Positions 1 through 9,056 of a stretch of DNA of 53,283 nt are shown one piece after another; the first letter of the stretch is position 1; each line of letters starts with the position of its first letter. Source of the DNA: a virus (Duplodnaviria; Caudoviricetes); the IMG/VR virus record IMGVR_UViG_3300032053_000104, positions 1 through 53,283 of that record; one strand, given 5' to 3'. The notes under the pieces are model-generated. The model was not told where the DNA came from, made no database searches, and saw only the letters and a list, made by a program, of their open reading frames with translations. The position numbers were made by a program, and so were the translations under genes.

Positions 1-1
1 C

Positions 2-67
2 TTAGCATTGTCTATAGACCCAAATGCAGTCATCGAAGAAATCAAAGATGATTCGGAGATAAATTAA
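2..67 (+). CDS. 3' end of an upstream hypothetical gene (partial)
   Basis: Frame open from the window edge (LALSIDPNAVIEEIKDDSEIN*), ending at TAA 65-67 just before the next start; contains the GGAG RBS of the next gene. Confidence 0.5.
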   Translation, partial: LALSIDPNAVIEEIKDDSEIN

Positions 68-68
68 T

Positions 69-797
69 TTGGAAAAGAAAAAACGAATCATAAGACGGAA
101 GACGGGTGGAACACAGAATCTTTATTTTCATGAAGGTACCCAAAAAGCAATAGAAGAATTTCAAAAAACCGACAGCAGAGAAGTAAAGTCTCTGCTGTAT
201 AATACAGAAATTCTTCCAGCGTTTGACAAGCTTGTTGAAAATCTTATTTTTATGCATGGCTTTAATAAAAATGGTGAATCATTCGACACTATGAAGAATG
301 ATTGTATAACTTTTTTGTATGAAACACTTTATAAGTTTGATGCATCACGTGGAACGAAAGCGTTTTCATATTTTAATGTTGTTGCTAGAAACTCTTTAAT
401 TATTAAAAGTAAGCAGAAAGTCAAAAGAAACAAAAGAAATGTGAGCATTGATGATCATGATTCATTAACGTCATTCCAAAAACAGTTAATTGAAAATTAT
501 AGTATTCTTCCAGCACAAGATGATGTGATTATTGATTCGTTTAAAAGAGAAAGAATCATTGCGATGATGGGAGAAATAAAGAAAAAGACCCTGAATGAGA
601 ATGAAATTCTCTGCATCGATGCAATAACAAAGGTATTTCAGCATGTCGACGATCTTGAATTCTTAAATAAAAGAGCAATATTTGTCTACATACGTGATCT
701 GTCAAATTTAAATGCAAAACAACTATCTGTTGCAATGTCACAAATAAGAAAGCACTATCGAGAAATTTCTAAAAACGATTCAATCGAGCTTTTTTAA
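69..797 (+). CDS. Putative phage sigma factor for late transcription (T4 gp55-like)
   Basis: Sigma region-2-like motif 'KFDASRGTKAFSYFNVVARN' preceded by 'DCITFLYETLYKF'; TTG start with upstream GGAG; sits at the head of a structural block. Confidence 0.7.
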   Translation: MEKKKRIIRRKTGGTQNLYFHEGTQKAIEEFQKTDSREVKSLLYNTEILPAFDKLVENLIFMHGFNKNGESFDTMKNDCITFLYETLYKFDASRGTKAFSYFNVVARNSLIIKSKQKVKRNKRNVSIDDHDSLTSFQKQLIENYSILPAQDDVIIDSFKRERIIAMMGEIKKKTLNENEILCIDAITKVFQHVDDLEFLNKRAIFVYIRDLSNLNAKQLSVAMSQIRKHYREISKNDSIELF

Positions 798-829
798 AGG
801 ACGATAGTTATCTCTATTAGGAGAATAAC

Positions 830-1198
830 ATGGAATTTGTATCAGCAGATGAAAGAGCATTAACAGCGAAGAAAAGCTTTCAAGATTTTTCAAAACTTCT
901 AGACGATATAACGACGTTAGAAGAAAAAAAGAAAGTTTTGTGGAAGCAAATATATGAAAATGCCGTAGAAGATCGCATGCATGCTTATATGATGATGGTA
1001 GATTTATATGTTGCAACGCAGGGAAAGCCGGAAATACATCAGCTAAATGGTCCCACGTTTGCAAAGTATATTGAAAGAATGAGTAGAGCAAATGACCAAC
1101 TTCTAAAGCTCGCTGAACTTGTTCAGAATGCGCAGGAACAAGATGCTGTTGTTATGTCAGATGATGAAATATTTGATAAAATAAAGCAAGGTAAATAG
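830..1198 (+). CDS. Hypothetical helical protein (possibly terminase small subunit-like)
   Basis: 122 aa, AGGAG RBS; two long amphipathic helices ending 'NDQLLKLAELVQ', loosely like the gp16 oligomerisation hairpin. Function is a guess. Confidence 0.35.
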   Translation: MEFVSADERALTAKKSFQDFSKLLDDITTLEEKKKVLWKQIYENAVEDRMHAYMMMVDLYVATQGKPEIHQLNGPTFAKYIERMSRANDQLLKLAELVQNAQEQDAVVMSDDEIFDKIKQGK

Positions 1199-1201
1199 TT
1201 T

Positions 1202-2644
1202 ATGTCGAATTTTAGGGGTATAAATTCAACAAGACAGATGTTGAATCCTTCAACAACTGGCGTCCAGCAAGAAATAAGAGAACTACAAAGGATGTCACCC
1301 GCGGCACCCTTTGTAAGAGCTGTTGTCGTGCATGTTCTGAATGATCCGACATCGTTAAGCGATGAAGATCGTGAATTGTTGTTTAATTCAGTTACAAATT
1401 CTTCATTTACGCAAAATTTTCCAAGAAATAGTCTTGTAGTGCGAATCATATCGGGTGGTGCAGATCGCAGAGGTATTTCTCAAATTATCACATATCCGTT
1501 TTTGCCATCTCATTTAAGCTTGCCAATTAAAGCTGGAGAGCAAGTTTGGATATTGTATGAAAATCCAGAGGCGGGAGGCAATATTGCGTACTGGATGTGG
1601 AAAACATCTGAACCAGATTCTGTAGAAGATTTAAATTATACGCATGCAGATAGAAAATTCCTCAGAGAAGCAGAATTATCAACTATTGATAAATTAAATG
1701 CGGATCAGCGCGATAATAAACCTTCTTTTCCCAATGGCGCCGGCACGCAAAATAGTTTTTCTCTAAAGGGCGAAAAAGATTACGAAACTATCGTAACTGA
1801 AGATCCTGCAATGCAAAATTATTCATATGAAGCCGTTCCAAGATACACAAAACGACCCGGCGATTATGTAATGCAAGGATCGCATAATACGCTTATTGTA
1901 CTTGGCGAAGATAGAAGTAGTTCTGTTGAGAAAGATGAAAATATTGGTCAAAGTGGCACTATTGATATAGTTGTTGGGCGAGGCTACGGAGATGAATCTC
2001 TTAATGTAATAGAAAACACGCGCGGTAATACAGAAATAAATAAAAATCCAAAACTGACAGGGGCGACAAAAAATCCCAACGAGGGCAATCCAGATTTTGT
2101 TTCTGATTTGGCAAGGCTATTTGTTTCAATGAATACAGATGGTGACAAGAATTTAAATCTTAAAAACTCTTTTCCAAAATCATTTACATCTGCTGCAATA
2201 GAAGAAGTTGATCAAGACGTATACGCGATTATTAAAGGAAATGAAGTAAGAATTGTAGGAAGAGGTAGCGTGCGAATTGTTCGTGTAAATGATGATGGCG
2301 AAGATGCATGTGGAATATTCTTAATGCCAGATGGTAGTATTCAACTAGACGCAGATAAAATATTTTTGGGCCGGGGCCGGGGAAATGGAACGGGACCAAA
2401 TAAGTCTGAGCCTTACATGAAAGTAAGTGTGTATAAAAAACAGATCGAAAATATTATAGATAATCTTGTTTCGCTTTTAAACAGCTTTGCTATTGCATTC
2501 GGTATTCCAATTGCTGCCCCGGGAACGCCTCATCCGGGATTAGCTTCGCAAGGTGTAACAGCAATCGGCACATCTATAGCAAAACTTAATACTTTGAAAG
2601 CATCTATCGATGATATTAAATCAAGCAAGTTGTTTGGTGAATAA
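1202..2644 (+). CDS. Baseplate hub/central spike protein (gp5/VgrG-like, no lysozyme domain evident)
   Basis: OB-fold-type motif 'LPIKAGEQVWILYE', beta-strand repeats 'PGDYVMQGSHNTLIVLG' and 'DGSIQLDADKIFLG'; upstream of gp25/gp6. Confidence 0.65.
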   Translation: MSNFRGINSTRQMLNPSTTGVQQEIRELQRMSPAAPFVRAVVVHVLNDPTSLSDEDRELLFNSVTNSSFTQNFPRNSLVVRIISGGADRRGISQIITYPFLPSHLSLPIKAGEQVWILYENPEAGGNIAYWMWKTSEPDSVEDLNYTHADRKFLREAELSTIDKLNADQRDNKPSFPNGAGTQNSFSLKGEKDYETIVTEDPAMQNYSYEAVPRYTKRPGDYVMQGSHNTLIVLGEDRSSSVEKDENIGQSGTIDIVVGRGYGDESLNVIENTRGNTEINKNPKLTGATKNPNEGNPDFVSDLARLFVSMNTDGDKNLNLKNSFPKSFTSAAIEEVDQDVYAIIKGNEVRIVGRGSVRIVRVNDDGEDACGIFLMPDGSIQLDADKIFLGRGRGNGTGPNKSEPYMKVSVYKKQIENIIDNLVSLLNSFAIAFGIPIAAPGTPHPGLASQGVTAIGTSIAKLNTLKASIDDIKSSKLFGE

Positions 2645-2646
2645 GC

Positions 2647-4608
2647 ATGGCAGATAATAAATTTAAAAATGAAATATCAGATGTTTTAAAAAAAGCTTTT
2701 CGCTTAAAAGATGTTCCCGCGGGCAAACCGCGAAATGATGCCGAAGAAGCATATTCAAATCTTGCTGAGGGGTTAGCATCGTCAGTTGAAAATTATACGA
2801 AAAGAACACTTGACGCGACGGAAGGTTCTGGCGCCAACGGCGTGCAAGGTTTGCAGGGAATACCCGGAAGCGCTTCGGGAATATCAGATGGTGATTATAC
2901 AGACGCAACTATTTCTGCTGATGGAACAGTTTTAACTATAAATGCAGGCGTTGTAACAAATGCAAAACAAGCTAACATGGCTGCGTCTACAATTAAGGGT
3001 AATAATGCGGTCGGCGAAGGAGCACCAATTGACTTATCAATTGCACAAGTAAAATCATTACTTACAATTGGTAATGTCGAAAATACAGCGCTGTCAACTT
3101 GGGCTGGAACAACAAGCGTCACGACACTTGGAACGGTTTCTACAGGTGTTTGGAGTGGTACAGCGATCGGTGCAACAAAAGGAGGTACCGCGCAGACGAC
3201 ATGGGCAGCTGGAGACATTTTGTATGCCAGTGCTACAGATACATTAGCAAAGCTCACTGGCGGTGAAAATACGAAGACGCCTGGCCTGTTTCTGAAGACA
3301 CGTTCAACGACAGCAGCACCTTACTGGAGTGGACCGCAGGGATTCGGTGATGTACCGACGACAACAGGTACTGCACAAGGGCCCAGCAGTGAGTCAGCAG
3401 ACGCTGACAAAGGTGTTACTGTCACTTTCACCGGTACATCACTAACGAATTCTAGTCGTTTGCAAAGTCTGGCAATTCCTTATTGTCATGCTTGTCAGTA
3501 CACTGAGGTTGCAGCAACAGGAAGTCCTGTCGGAGTAGGTGTCTTCTCGGGTGGTGGAAACGCCACCGAGCCTGCAACAATTTTGGCACGTGAACCTGGG
3601 GGACAGTGGCAGTTGTGGACGGATAACGGAGCTCCTGGTGTCCCGGCACGCGACGGCGGCCTGATAAACCTCCCAGACTACGCCTGTGTCATGGTGGTTG
3701 TTGAAGCTACAACAGGAGCAAAATGGTATGGTTCCAATAGTGGTGAGCCTGGTACATGGGTTCTTCTCGCAAGCAAGACATTGACCGTGCCTGCGTATTC
3801 GTTTCTTGCGGGTATAGGTGGTTCTACCATGACTGTGAATCGTCGTATGACAGGAACAGGTGCAACGGCGTATCATGCACAGTTGATTCCTTATACGACG
3901 ATTAATAATAGCGGTGCCGCAACAAATAACGTATTGATGTATTACACGGCTCCGTATACACTGGCTGCACAGATTGTTACAGCTGCTGGTCGAGCGTTAA
4001 TGGATGACGCTGACGCGACGGCACAAAAAACAACATTGGGACTTGCTTCAGTAGCTACATCTGCAAGTGCTGCCGATTTAAGCACAGGAACCTTACTCGC
4101 AGCCAGAATGCCAGCGCTAACAGGAGATGTAACATCAACAGTAGGAACTGTCGCAACAACAGTTGTTGCCGCGTCTGACACAGTTGCAGGTAAGATAGAA
4201 ATAGCCGTCCAGGCTGAGATGGAGGCAGGAACTGACAATACACGTTGCGTCTCACCAGCCGTGCAACAATATCATCCGAGCTCTGCAAAAGCCTGGCTGT
4301 ACTCGATTGTTAATGCTACAGTACCTGCTAATTCGCTTTCTTATAATTTGACATCAATTACTGACAGAGGTGTAGGATATCTCGGAATCACTATCGCCAC
4401 AGACTTTTCAACAGGAAGCTGGGCAGGCGTCGCAACAGTTCAACATGTCGCAACAACATATGCTGTAGCAAATGATAGAAAGGTTTCTGAATATTTTAAC
4501 ACCCGCACGGCCACCTATATTGAATATCAATGTTTAGATGGTACAGCAACAACACTTTTAACTAAAGATCCTACTTCATGGTCCTTTATAGCATTCGGAG
4601 ATCAGTAA
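2647..4608 (+). CDS. Tail fibre protein
   Basis: Thr/Ala/Gly-rich; short collagen-like run (GANGVQGLQGIPG); fibre motifs 'GGTAQTTWAAGDILYAS', 'TAAGRALMDDADATAQKTTLGL', 'AGKIEIAVQAEMEAGTD'; followed by a chaperone-like gene. Confidence 0.8.
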   Translation: MADNKFKNEISDVLKKAFRLKDVPAGKPRNDAEEAYSNLAEGLASSVENYTKRTLDATEGSGANGVQGLQGIPGSASGISDGDYTDATISADGTVLTINAGVVTNAKQANMAASTIKGNNAVGEGAPIDLSIAQVKSLLTIGNVENTALSTWAGTTSVTTLGTVSTGVWSGTAIGATKGGTAQTTWAAGDILYASATDTLAKLTGGENTKTPGLFLKTRSTTAAPYWSGPQGFGDVPTTTGTAQGPSSESADADKGVTVTFTGTSLTNSSRLQSLAIPYCHACQYTEVAATGSPVGVGVFSGGGNATEPATILAREPGGQWQLWTDNGAPGVPARDGGLINLPDYACVMVVVEATTGAKWYGSNSGEPGTWVLLASKTLTVPAYSFLAGIGGSTMTVNRRMTGTGATAYHAQLIPYTTINNSGAATNNVLMYYTAPYTLAAQIVTAAGRALMDDADATAQKTTLGLASVATSASAADLSTGTLLAARMPALTGDVTSTVGTVATTVVAASDTVAGKIEIAVQAEMEAGTDNTRCVSPAVQQYHPSSAKAWLYSIVNATVPANSLSYNLTSITDRGVGYLGITIATDFSTGSWAGVATVQHVATTYAVANDRKVSEYFNTRTATYIEYQCLDGTATTLLTKDPTSWSFIAFGDQ

Positions 4609-4609
4609 T

Positions 4610-5128
4610 ATGGAAAACGATGTGGTATATGTCGCGTTTACATGCGCAGATGGTCGTTTATGCATCATGCAGTTTATTACGAATATGCGCCGGTCACCAA
4701 ATGGTCCAAGTGTCTTGAGAGAGGCAACTGACACAAATATTTTGGAAGAGTTTAGGCGTTCAAACCAGCAGCCAGTGTCTTGGCGGCGCATTAGTCGTGC
4801 TGATCTTCCAATAAATCGACACTTCCGCGAGGCGTGGAAAGATCAAGGTGTAGGTAACATTGCACATGATATAGAAAAGGTGAAGAATATTGCTGTCGAA
4901 CGTTGTCGTCGTGATCGTGATAAGAAGCTTGACGCGTTAGATCGTGATTGGATGAAAGCATTCGGTCAAGGAAAAAAGCCTATTGCAGATTCTGTAGAAG
5001 AAGAGCGCCAGAAACTGCGAGATCTTCCAGCAGCTTTAACTGCTGATCTCACGTCTGCGCAGACAGTTGAAGATGTTCTCTCTATATGCGCCTTGAAGGG
5101 TGCTGATGTGATCACCGATCACGTGTGA
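4610..5128 (+). CDS. Tail fibre assembly chaperone-like protein
   Basis: Directly after the fibre; motifs 'DLPINRHFREAW', 'RRDRDKKLDALD', 'RQKLRDLP' typical of fibre assembly chaperones. Confidence 0.75.
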   Translation: MENDVVYVAFTCADGRLCIMQFITNMRRSPNGPSVLREATDTNILEEFRRSNQQPVSWRRISRADLPINRHFREAWKDQGVGNIAHDIEKVKNIAVERCRRDRDKKLDALDRDWMKAFGQGKKPIADSVEEERQKLRDLPAALTADLTSAQTVEDVLSICALKGADVITDHV

Positions 5129-5203
5129 TTCAGGCGCTTATTATAACTTTGATTCACTCAAATTGATGCTATGACATATTTACAAGTATAACGGAGAATA
5201 AAA

Positions 5204-5671
5204 TTGTCAATAAGCTTTAAAAGCATCGGCGATCTTTCGACAGATCGAAAGTTTCAAATAAGCACTAACGAGTTACCCATTGGAATTAAAACTCCAATGC
5301 AGTTAGGGCAGGGAAACGATGGTATATTTGCAATGCATTACAAGTCTGCAGACCAAATTCAAGATAATTTTAAAAATCTTCTTTTGACGAATTGGGGCGA
5401 AAGATTATCATTTTATGATTTTGGCGCAAACTTAAAAGAATTGACGATGGAGCTTTCATCAGAAGATTTTGATAATCAAGCAATGACAAGAATAAAAAGT
5501 GCAACGTCTAAATGGATGCCATTTATTGATCTTTTATTTTTTGACAAAGACGTCTTGGGAAGAGTGCCAGGTCAAGATATTGTTCAAGTAAGAATGAAAA
5601 TTTTATATGCTGTTCCTAAAATGGGAATAACAAACAAGGGAATAGAGTTAACATTCTTTTTGGGCGCATAA
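5204..5671 (+). CDS. Baseplate wedge protein, gp25-like
   Basis: 'QIQDNFKNLLLTNWGERL..DFGANL' and 'KWMPFI' match the gp25/GPW family signature; GGAG RBS, TTG start. Confidence 0.9.
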   Translation: MSISFKSIGDLSTDRKFQISTNELPIGIKTPMQLGQGNDGIFAMHYKSADQIQDNFKNLLLTNWGERLSFYDFGANLKELTMELSSEDFDNQAMTRIKSATSKWMPFIDLLFFDKDVLGRVPGQDIVQVRMKILYAVPKMGITNKGIELTFFLGA

Positions 5672-5683
5672 GGGGTTTAGAAT

Positions 5684-7528
5684 ATGGCGATTGATATTAA
5701 GAAAAAAGTTAGACCTGTTAGATCAAGATCTTATTTGAATAAAGATTTTGACGGCTTTAGGTCCGAATTGCTTAGATACGCAAGAACATTTTTTCCTGAT
5801 AGAATAAATGATTTTTCTGAAGCTTCTTTGGGTGGTTTGCTGCTTGATCTAGCATCGCACATTGGTGATGTGAATTCATTTTATCTAGATCATCAATTTA
5901 ATGAGCTTAGCGTCGAAACTGCTGTAGAATCAAAAAATATTGAAAGACATATACGCGCAGCTGGTGTAAAGATAGCTGGCGCATCACCTGCAGTTGTAGA
6001 TGTTATGTTCTATATTGAAGTACCTGCAGAATTATCAGGAAATACTTACATTCCAAAAACATCAGCATTACCAATTATTCAAGCGGGAACAAAAATTAAA
6101 TCTAATAGTGGAATTATTTTTGATCTAACAGAAGATATTAATTTCACAGACACAGATGCAAATGGCGATCTGCTTGCAAGTTATCAACTTTCTTCTAAAA
6201 ATTCTAATGGAACGCCAGCATCGTTTATTTTATTTTTGAGCGGCCTGTGTATATCGGGTGCGTCGACATCACAAACATTCAGCATACCCAACCAGTTCGT
6301 CCCTTTCAGAACAGTAACACTATCAAAAGAAAATGTTACAGAGATTTCAAGAGTAACAGATTCTGAAGGGAATGAGTTCTATGAAGTCGATTCACTTACA
6401 CAAGACGTTGTTTTTAAGGGTATATTGAATGTTGATGAAGACGGCACACTTGTAAAAGAGAATATGGAAATCGTGCCTGCGCCTTATCGCTATGTAAGTG
6501 AAATGAGCGTCCAGACAGGATTGACAACATTGCGTTTTGGTAGCGGGCAAGCTACTTCAATAGATGATGATATTATTCCAGATCCCAGTGAGCTTTCGTT
6601 ACCATTGTATGGAAAGCAAACTTTTTCAAGATTTTCAATTGACCCAGGGCAGTTATTACAAACACAGACGCTTGGTATTTCACCCGTAAATACTACGCTA
6701 ACTGTCGTGTTTAGACACGGCGGCGGTCTCAGTCATAATGTTGCTGCAAGCACAATTAAGTCTGTTCAAACATTATTAATAAGCTTTCCAGGTAATCCGA
6801 CAAATATTATAGCATCACAAGTTAGAGCATCTATAAATATACTAAATTCTCTAGCAGCGGCAGGGGGCGAAAATGCTCCTACTCTAGATGATTTAAAGTT
6901 AAAAGTACCTTCGGCAAGAAATGCGCAATCAAGAATTGTGACAAGAGAAGATTTGCTATCAAGAGTTTACACAATGCCTTCTAACTTTGGAAGGGTCTTT
7001 AGGGCAGGCGTCAGATCAAATCCAAACAATCCTCTCGCAACACAGCTATTTGTGATAAGTCGAGACGTCAATAGTAATTTGATATTATCACCTGATGCGC
7101 TAAAGAAGAATTTAAGAACATATCTTAATCAATTTAGATTAATATCTGACGCAATCGACATACTTGATACGCGCGTCATTAACATGAAAGTATCATTCAA
7201 TATTGTCGTAGATCCATCGGCAAATAAGAGCAGCGTAATTCAATCTGTTATATCAAGTCTAAAACAATACTTTGATATTAAGAATTTTCAAATTGATCAA
7301 CCTATAATGACGTCTGATGTAATGAATATCATTATTAACAATGTTGGCGTCGTATCAATAATTGATTTAAAGTTCACAAATCTTCGTGGAACAGTCCAAG
7401 AAAAAATATATTCTGATGCTAGCTTTAACGTTAGCGCAAATACAAAGAAGGGAATTATTATTGGGCCGCCAGGGTCAATTTTTGAGATAAAATATCCTGA
7501 TTTTGATATAGTCGGTGTCGCATCATGA
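5684..7528 (+). CDS. Baseplate wedge protein, gp6/baseplate J-like
   Basis: 'YLNKDFDGFRSELL', 'DFSEASLGGLLLDL', 'SFYLD', 'LRFGSG', 'AAGGEN', 'QSRIVTREDL' are gp6-family motifs; follows gp25. Confidence 0.9.
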   Translation: MAIDIKKKVRPVRSRSYLNKDFDGFRSELLRYARTFFPDRINDFSEASLGGLLLDLASHIGDVNSFYLDHQFNELSVETAVESKNIERHIRAAGVKIAGASPAVVDVMFYIEVPAELSGNTYIPKTSALPIIQAGTKIKSNSGIIFDLTEDINFTDTDANGDLLASYQLSSKNSNGTPASFILFLSGLCISGASTSQTFSIPNQFVPFRTVTLSKENVTEISRVTDSEGNEFYEVDSLTQDVVFKGILNVDEDGTLVKENMEIVPAPYRYVSEMSVQTGLTTLRFGSGQATSIDDDIIPDPSELSLPLYGKQTFSRFSIDPGQLLQTQTLGISPVNTTLTVVFRHGGGLSHNVAASTIKSVQTLLISFPGNPTNIIASQVRASINILNSLAAAGGENAPTLDDLKLKVPSARNAQSRIVTREDLLSRVYTMPSNFGRVFRAGVRSNPNNPLATQLFVISRDVNSNLILSPDALKKNLRTYLNQFRLISDAIDILDTRVINMKVSFNIVVDPSANKSSVIQSVISSLKQYFDIKNFQIDQPIMTSDVMNIIINNVGVVSIIDLKFTNLRGTVQEKIYSDASFNVSANTKKGIIIGPPGSIFEIKYPDFDIVGVAS

Positions 7529-7538
7529 GGAAAAAATA

Positions 7539-9056
7539 ATGTATAGAATTTTAACTGCAAGTAGCGACACATACATAACCAATAAAATTATTGGGAGTTC
7601 TTTTCGAGCAACAGATGCAAATGTCGGAAGGGCAGGCACGCTCGACCTTTTTAAGCTTTATAATGAGTCAAATATTTCCGGAAGTACAGCACCAATAGAG
7701 CTGTCGAGACTTCTTCTTAAGTTTGACTTAAATCCATTAAGAGAAATGACGGGTAGCTCACTAAATCTCAATAGCACATCATTTAAGTGTATATTACACT
7801 TATCAGACATATACGGAGGGCAGACAACACCTTCTAATTTTAAAGTAGTTGTAATGCCATTGTCGAAGTCTTTTGATGAAGGATTTGGACTAGATATTAG
7901 CCAATATCAAGATCTTGATGCAGCAAACTTTATTACTTCTTCTATTAGTAATGGCACTGTTTATTCATGGAATACACAAGGCGCAGATGCAATTGGTTTA
8001 CTGGGCTCATCAAATATTGATGTTATAGCTAGCGGCGTAATTAATTCGACAATGACGAGTTTTGCCGCGGAGCAAATATTTGTCAATGGCGACGAAGATT
8101 TATTTTTAGACATAACGAGAATTGTTTCTTCAACTTTGGCAAATATTATTCCGGATTACGGAATAAGAGTTTCATTCACGGGATCAAATGAAACTGATAC
8201 GCGCACTCTATTTGTTAAGCGTTTCGCATCAAGACATTCTTCTAATGGAAGAAAGCATCCAAGATTAAGAGTAACATATGACGATACAGTCTTCGACGAT
8301 CATAGAAATTTTTATTTTGATTTAACGGGATCATTATTTTTTAATAATACACATAGGGGCGATTACGCAAATATCCTTTCGGGCAGCTCATTGACTCCAC
8401 TCACGGGACAAAATTGCATATTGCTTACGCTAAAGTCTGGTTCATACACAGGGTACTTTACAGGCTCGCAGCATTATGTTGGCAGCAACGCATCTACGGG
8501 AATATACTCAGCAACATTTGCTATTCCATCAAATGAAACAGCACTGCGAACAGAAATACTAAATGCAGCATCTGCAACATTTACTGAAATTTGGTCTTCA
8601 ATTGATGGAAGCGTACCTTTTTTCACTGGGTCAGTTGTTATAAAAGGTGTCGATAGATCGGCTTTTGATTTAGACAACAGGCGCTGGAAAGTTAATATAA
8701 TTAATATGAGTGAATCATATATTTTGTCATCAAAGCCAAGATTTAGAGTTTTTATGCAAAGAACAGGTGTAGAGGATGATTTTAAGATTTCAAAGCTTCC
8801 AATAGAATTAAAGAGCGATATACACAGAAACGTTTTCTATAGCATTAGGGATTTTCATTCTAACGAAGTGATTATACCCTTTGATAGCACAACAAATGCT
8901 ACCCGCATATCAACGGATAAATCTGGAATGTATTTTGATTTATACATGGATTCATTTGAGCCTGGAAGAGTATATGAAATTGATATTAAAGTAATTGATA
9001 AGGGCGTAAGCGACATATACAAAAGTGTCGGTGGCAAATTCAAGGTTGAAAGATAA
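7539..9056 (+). CDS. Putative baseplate/virion structural protein
   Basis: Start moved to ATG 7539 (GAGG RBS); beta-rich, 'SRLLLKFDL' and 'PRLRVTYDD' resemble DNRLRE-like domains; baseplate operon context. Confidence 0.55.
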   Translation: MYRILTASSDTYITNKIIGSSFRATDANVGRAGTLDLFKLYNESNISGSTAPIELSRLLLKFDLNPLREMTGSSLNLNSTSFKCILHLSDIYGGQTTPSNFKVVVMPLSKSFDEGFGLDISQYQDLDAANFITSSISNGTVYSWNTQGADAIGLLGSSNIDVIASGVINSTMTSFAAEQIFVNGDEDLFLDITRIVSSTLANIIPDYGIRVSFTGSNETDTRTLFVKRFASRHSSNGRKHPRLRVTYDDTVFDDHRNFYFDLTGSLFFNNTHRGDYANILSGSSLTPLTGQNCILLTLKSGSYTGYFTGSQHYVGSNASTGIYSATFAIPSNETALRTEILNAASATFTEIWSSIDGSVPFFTGSVVIKGVDRSAFDLDNRRWKVNIINMSESYILSSKPRFRVFMQRTGVEDDFKISKLPIELKSDIHRNVFYSIRDFHSNEVIIPFDSTTNATRISTDKSGMYFDLYMDSFEPGRVYEIDIKVIDKGVSDIYKSVGGKFKVER

